DNA of 64,000 bases from Gekko japonicus (taxonomy: Eukaryota), in the NCBI RefSeq assembly GCF_001447785.1, contig NW_015168711.1:124001-188000 (forward strand). The letters run 5' to 3'. This document shows positions 61,497 through 64,000 of this stretch, piece after piece. Below the pieces are notes generated by a model, which worked only from the letters and a program-made list of their open reading frames with translations, was not told where the DNA came from and ran no database searches. The position numbers were made by a program, and so were the translations under genes. The first letter of the stretch is position 1, and each line of letters begins with the position of its first letter.

Positions 61497-61712
61497 CTTT
61501 CCAATACTTTGCAACACTGGCAAGTGTTACAGAATTCACATGCTAAAAACACCCCGACCCTTTTAGGGCAAGGGGCATGCTCAAAAGATTCGAACTTCCT
61601 TCAAGCAACTTAAAATCAAAGTGGGAGGGGGAAGAGACCTGGCTCAATGTGAAACAAGCAAATAGTAAACTGTGTGTCCAGCATGCCAATCAGATTGCCA
61701 CAATACCTTTCA

Positions 61713-62141
61713 TGTTAAGGAATAGCAGGGCTCTGAACTTTGGGGGAGGCAGATAACGGCAGATTAAATCAGAAAGTTCTGGCACGCAGTCAAAACAGCC
61801 GAGAGGGAGAGCTAAGCTAAAGAATGTGTTCTGCTTAGGAAGTCACTCTGCAAGCTAAACAGTCTAGTGCTCTTTGCTGAGCACTAGCTTCTTGGGTGGT
61901 ACAGCTTGCTGGTGTGCTGTATATATGTGTGTATGCCTTTAAGTAAGCCCTCGCAAACTGGTTTCTGTTTCCCCCATCATGGCCAGTATGGGAGGGGCCT
62001 CACTTTGTTTATTTTATTTACATTCTAGCTCTGAGTATGTGTGGGTTGTCGTTCCAAGTGTGTGTGAAGCAATAAAGGAGCCTGTGGCTGAAGTTACCAG
62101 AGTCTCCTGTGTGCTGAGTAGATAAGGTAGTAAGCTTAACC
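61713..62141 (+). mobile_element. Probable solo LTR
   Basis: TGTTAAG...CTTAAC(C) termini, TATATA near 61920, AATAAA near 62070. No TSD seen. Confidence 0.45.
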
Positions 62142-62248
62142 CCCTGCTGGGGGGAAAGAGAGAATGAAATGCATTTAGTATTTGCAGAGTGCTTTAAATT
62201 TTATTATTGAGGAAATTTCTATACTGCCTGTCCAAGGGATGAGCCCAA

Positions 62249-62336
62249 AACACCAGATAACAAAACAAAAACACCAGATAATTTGTTGCCAACACCAGAT
62301 AACAAAACAAAAACTCCAGATAATTTGTTGCCAACA
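62249..62336 (+). repeat. 42-bp tandem duplication
   Basis: AACACCAGATAACAAAACAAAAAC(A/T)CCAGATAATTTGTTGCC occurs twice. Confidence 0.9.
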
Positions 62337-62417
62337 AGTAAATATTTCTGCTATTCAACAAGGTCTTCAAAACTCTGAGGAGAGGCTTTCTGTTCAGTTT
62401 CTGGTTAAACACTCAAG

Positions 62418-63153
62418 GGCTGTGGTCACACGGAGCATTAGCCACGCTACAGAGATGGAAGATAGGTGGATTTTCTGGGCGCGATCACAGCACCACATCT
62501 GGGAAGCGTAGAGCTCACGTGGCGAACCCGAGGCTTCCTGCCGAAGATGCGGGGTAAAAAACTAGTACCTCCGAGGTACTAGTTTCCGGAAACCACGGGG
62601 CAAGGGCGGGTGCCTGATCGCGTTTCCGGTGGTAGGTTGTGGCATCTGGCGCCCGCCCATGTCCCGTCGCTAAAAGGGTTTCCCCCCCCCCAAGTCTCCA
62701 CGGGATGCGCACAAGCACCCAATAGCACATGCGCACACGCACACTTCGTTTAAAAACAAACAACACAGCCCCCTCCTCTTTTCTGTACCCTCCCCACTCC
62801 TGGCTCAGCCTGCTCGAGAGGAACTCTCTGCACCGGGTGGCATAGGGGGAGGTGTAGGGTGTGTGTGGTGGGAGGGCAGCCCGGCTGAAGCTCCTCCTGG
62901 AGGGGGCCGGACGGAGAACACAGTTTGCATTCCTCTGCAGCCCTGGAAGGGGTTAAACCTGCGGAGCCTTTTGCTAGAGAGGCCGCTTCTTTGCCACGCC
63001 GCAGGATTGTCCTGTGATCGGCACCTCCCCCCTAACCATGGGACCTTGACGGGAACTCTACAGGACGTCTGATCGCGCAACATCGCATTATTTTGCTCTG
63101 GGGCAAACAGCCACGCTTCTCCCCCGCATTTTCCTGCCCGTGTGACCGGGGCC
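62418..63153 (+). mobile_element. PIF/Harbinger MITE
   Basis: TIR GG..GGTCACACGG / CCGTGTGACCGGGGCC, 3-bp TSD AAG. Confidence 0.8.
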
Positions 63154-63289
63154 AAGCATAGGTTTCTGAGTTTCACTGACAAGTAAAGCTTAAAAGGCAG
63201 GAACATACAACCAAGCTCCCAACATCCTACTTTATACACAAACCAGGAATCACTTCTCTTTACTAGAAACTATTTCCCTTTGTTGGCTT

Positions 63290-64000
63290 GAATGAGGCAA
63301 AATCTTTTAAAACCAATGTTCCTTCAGTAAGAATACTTCAACAACTTATCTTCTTCCATCTTAGCTGTATCTTCTTTTTCTTCTTCCTCCTCCAATTAGC
63401 GTTTAGCTTTTATAAGTCTGGATCTGTCCATTCATTATATAAATCAAGTTCCTTTTTCCAGGGATATTGTCGCTTCCTTAAACATCTTAAATCAAAAGAG
63501 ACCTTCCTTTTATTGCATTAAGAACACAATCATTGAAGAATCCAACCTTTCTCTTAGCAAACTGATCTTATGAAGTTAGGGTAGCGAGCCCTTTACCCCC
63601 CCAAAAAAACCCCGCTTTTCGATCCGTTTGCCAGTCCAACCACAATTGAACTAAACTTTAGAGTCTCCAACCATTCATAAGTCTCTATGATCAAAGTGCG
63701 CACCAAGTACCGTCCCTTTAAAAATATAGCCGCTTTTAGTACAGATCCAGGTCGCTGCTCCATTTTAGCGACCAGAGGGTCGACGATTCACTTTAAAGAC
63801 AGAGTCTATGATTAGGTCACATGACCTAGCTTTCCACTGTTCTCCTTCCTGAAGAAAGCATTGGTTCCGCCTCCCTCCTCGCCTCTCATCGCCATCTTTT
63901 GGGGATGTTTACATTCGCCGAGAAAGAATGCCAAAGTCTCTAAGGTCAGTTTAAACACTCAGCTTTCTTTCAGAAAAACTCTCCGCTACAGTCCATCACC
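63290..64000 (-). mobile_element. Possible L1-related fragment running off the window
   Basis: A-rich minus strand and CpG-retaining composition similar to the L1 at 45.9-46.9 kb. No diagnostic motif. Confidence 0.25.

Noticed and set aside
1-64000. CRISPR array, operons or other prokaryotic systems
   Set aside because: The sequence is vertebrate. The short tandem repeats have no unique spacers and there are no cas-like ORFs.

Overview
Eukaryotic vertebrate genomic DNA, very probably a squamate reptile and most likely a gecko. The basis is Squam3-type SINEs, Sauria SINEs, 5S-derived SINEs with BovB-type tails, a BovB RT fragment, and squamate L2/CR1/L1, hAT and Harbinger MITEs. There are no prokaryotic features and no CRISPR array, and almost all ORFs in the supplied track are spurious or are TE fragments. 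The centre holds a CpG-island promoter (about 30.57-31.28 kb) with YY1, BANP/ZBTB33, RFX X-box and MYB motifs. A probable non-coding first exon runs on the minus strand, and the gene could not be identified. There are weaker candidate exons of a divergent plus-strand gene (37.7-55.8 kb) and two candidate terminal exons of another plus-strand gene (3.2-4.2 kb). The rest is a dense mosaic of nested TEs. Most notable: (i) several Penelope-like pseudo-LTR remnants carrying minimal hammerhead ribozyme motifs, one with an intact core, one tandemly duplicated and one inside a 124-bp inverted repeat; (ii) an ORF1-only, polyadenylated, TSD-flanked L1 derivative (HAL1-like) inserted into a Mag-type Gypsy LTR whose gag 5' end has been inverted; (iii) an identical 211-bp duplication 3.7 kb apart; (iv) a 66-bp palindromic mini-MITE with its own TSD; (v) a composite SINE with a Sauria-like core and an L2 tail. 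All calls were made by eye; no database searches were run.
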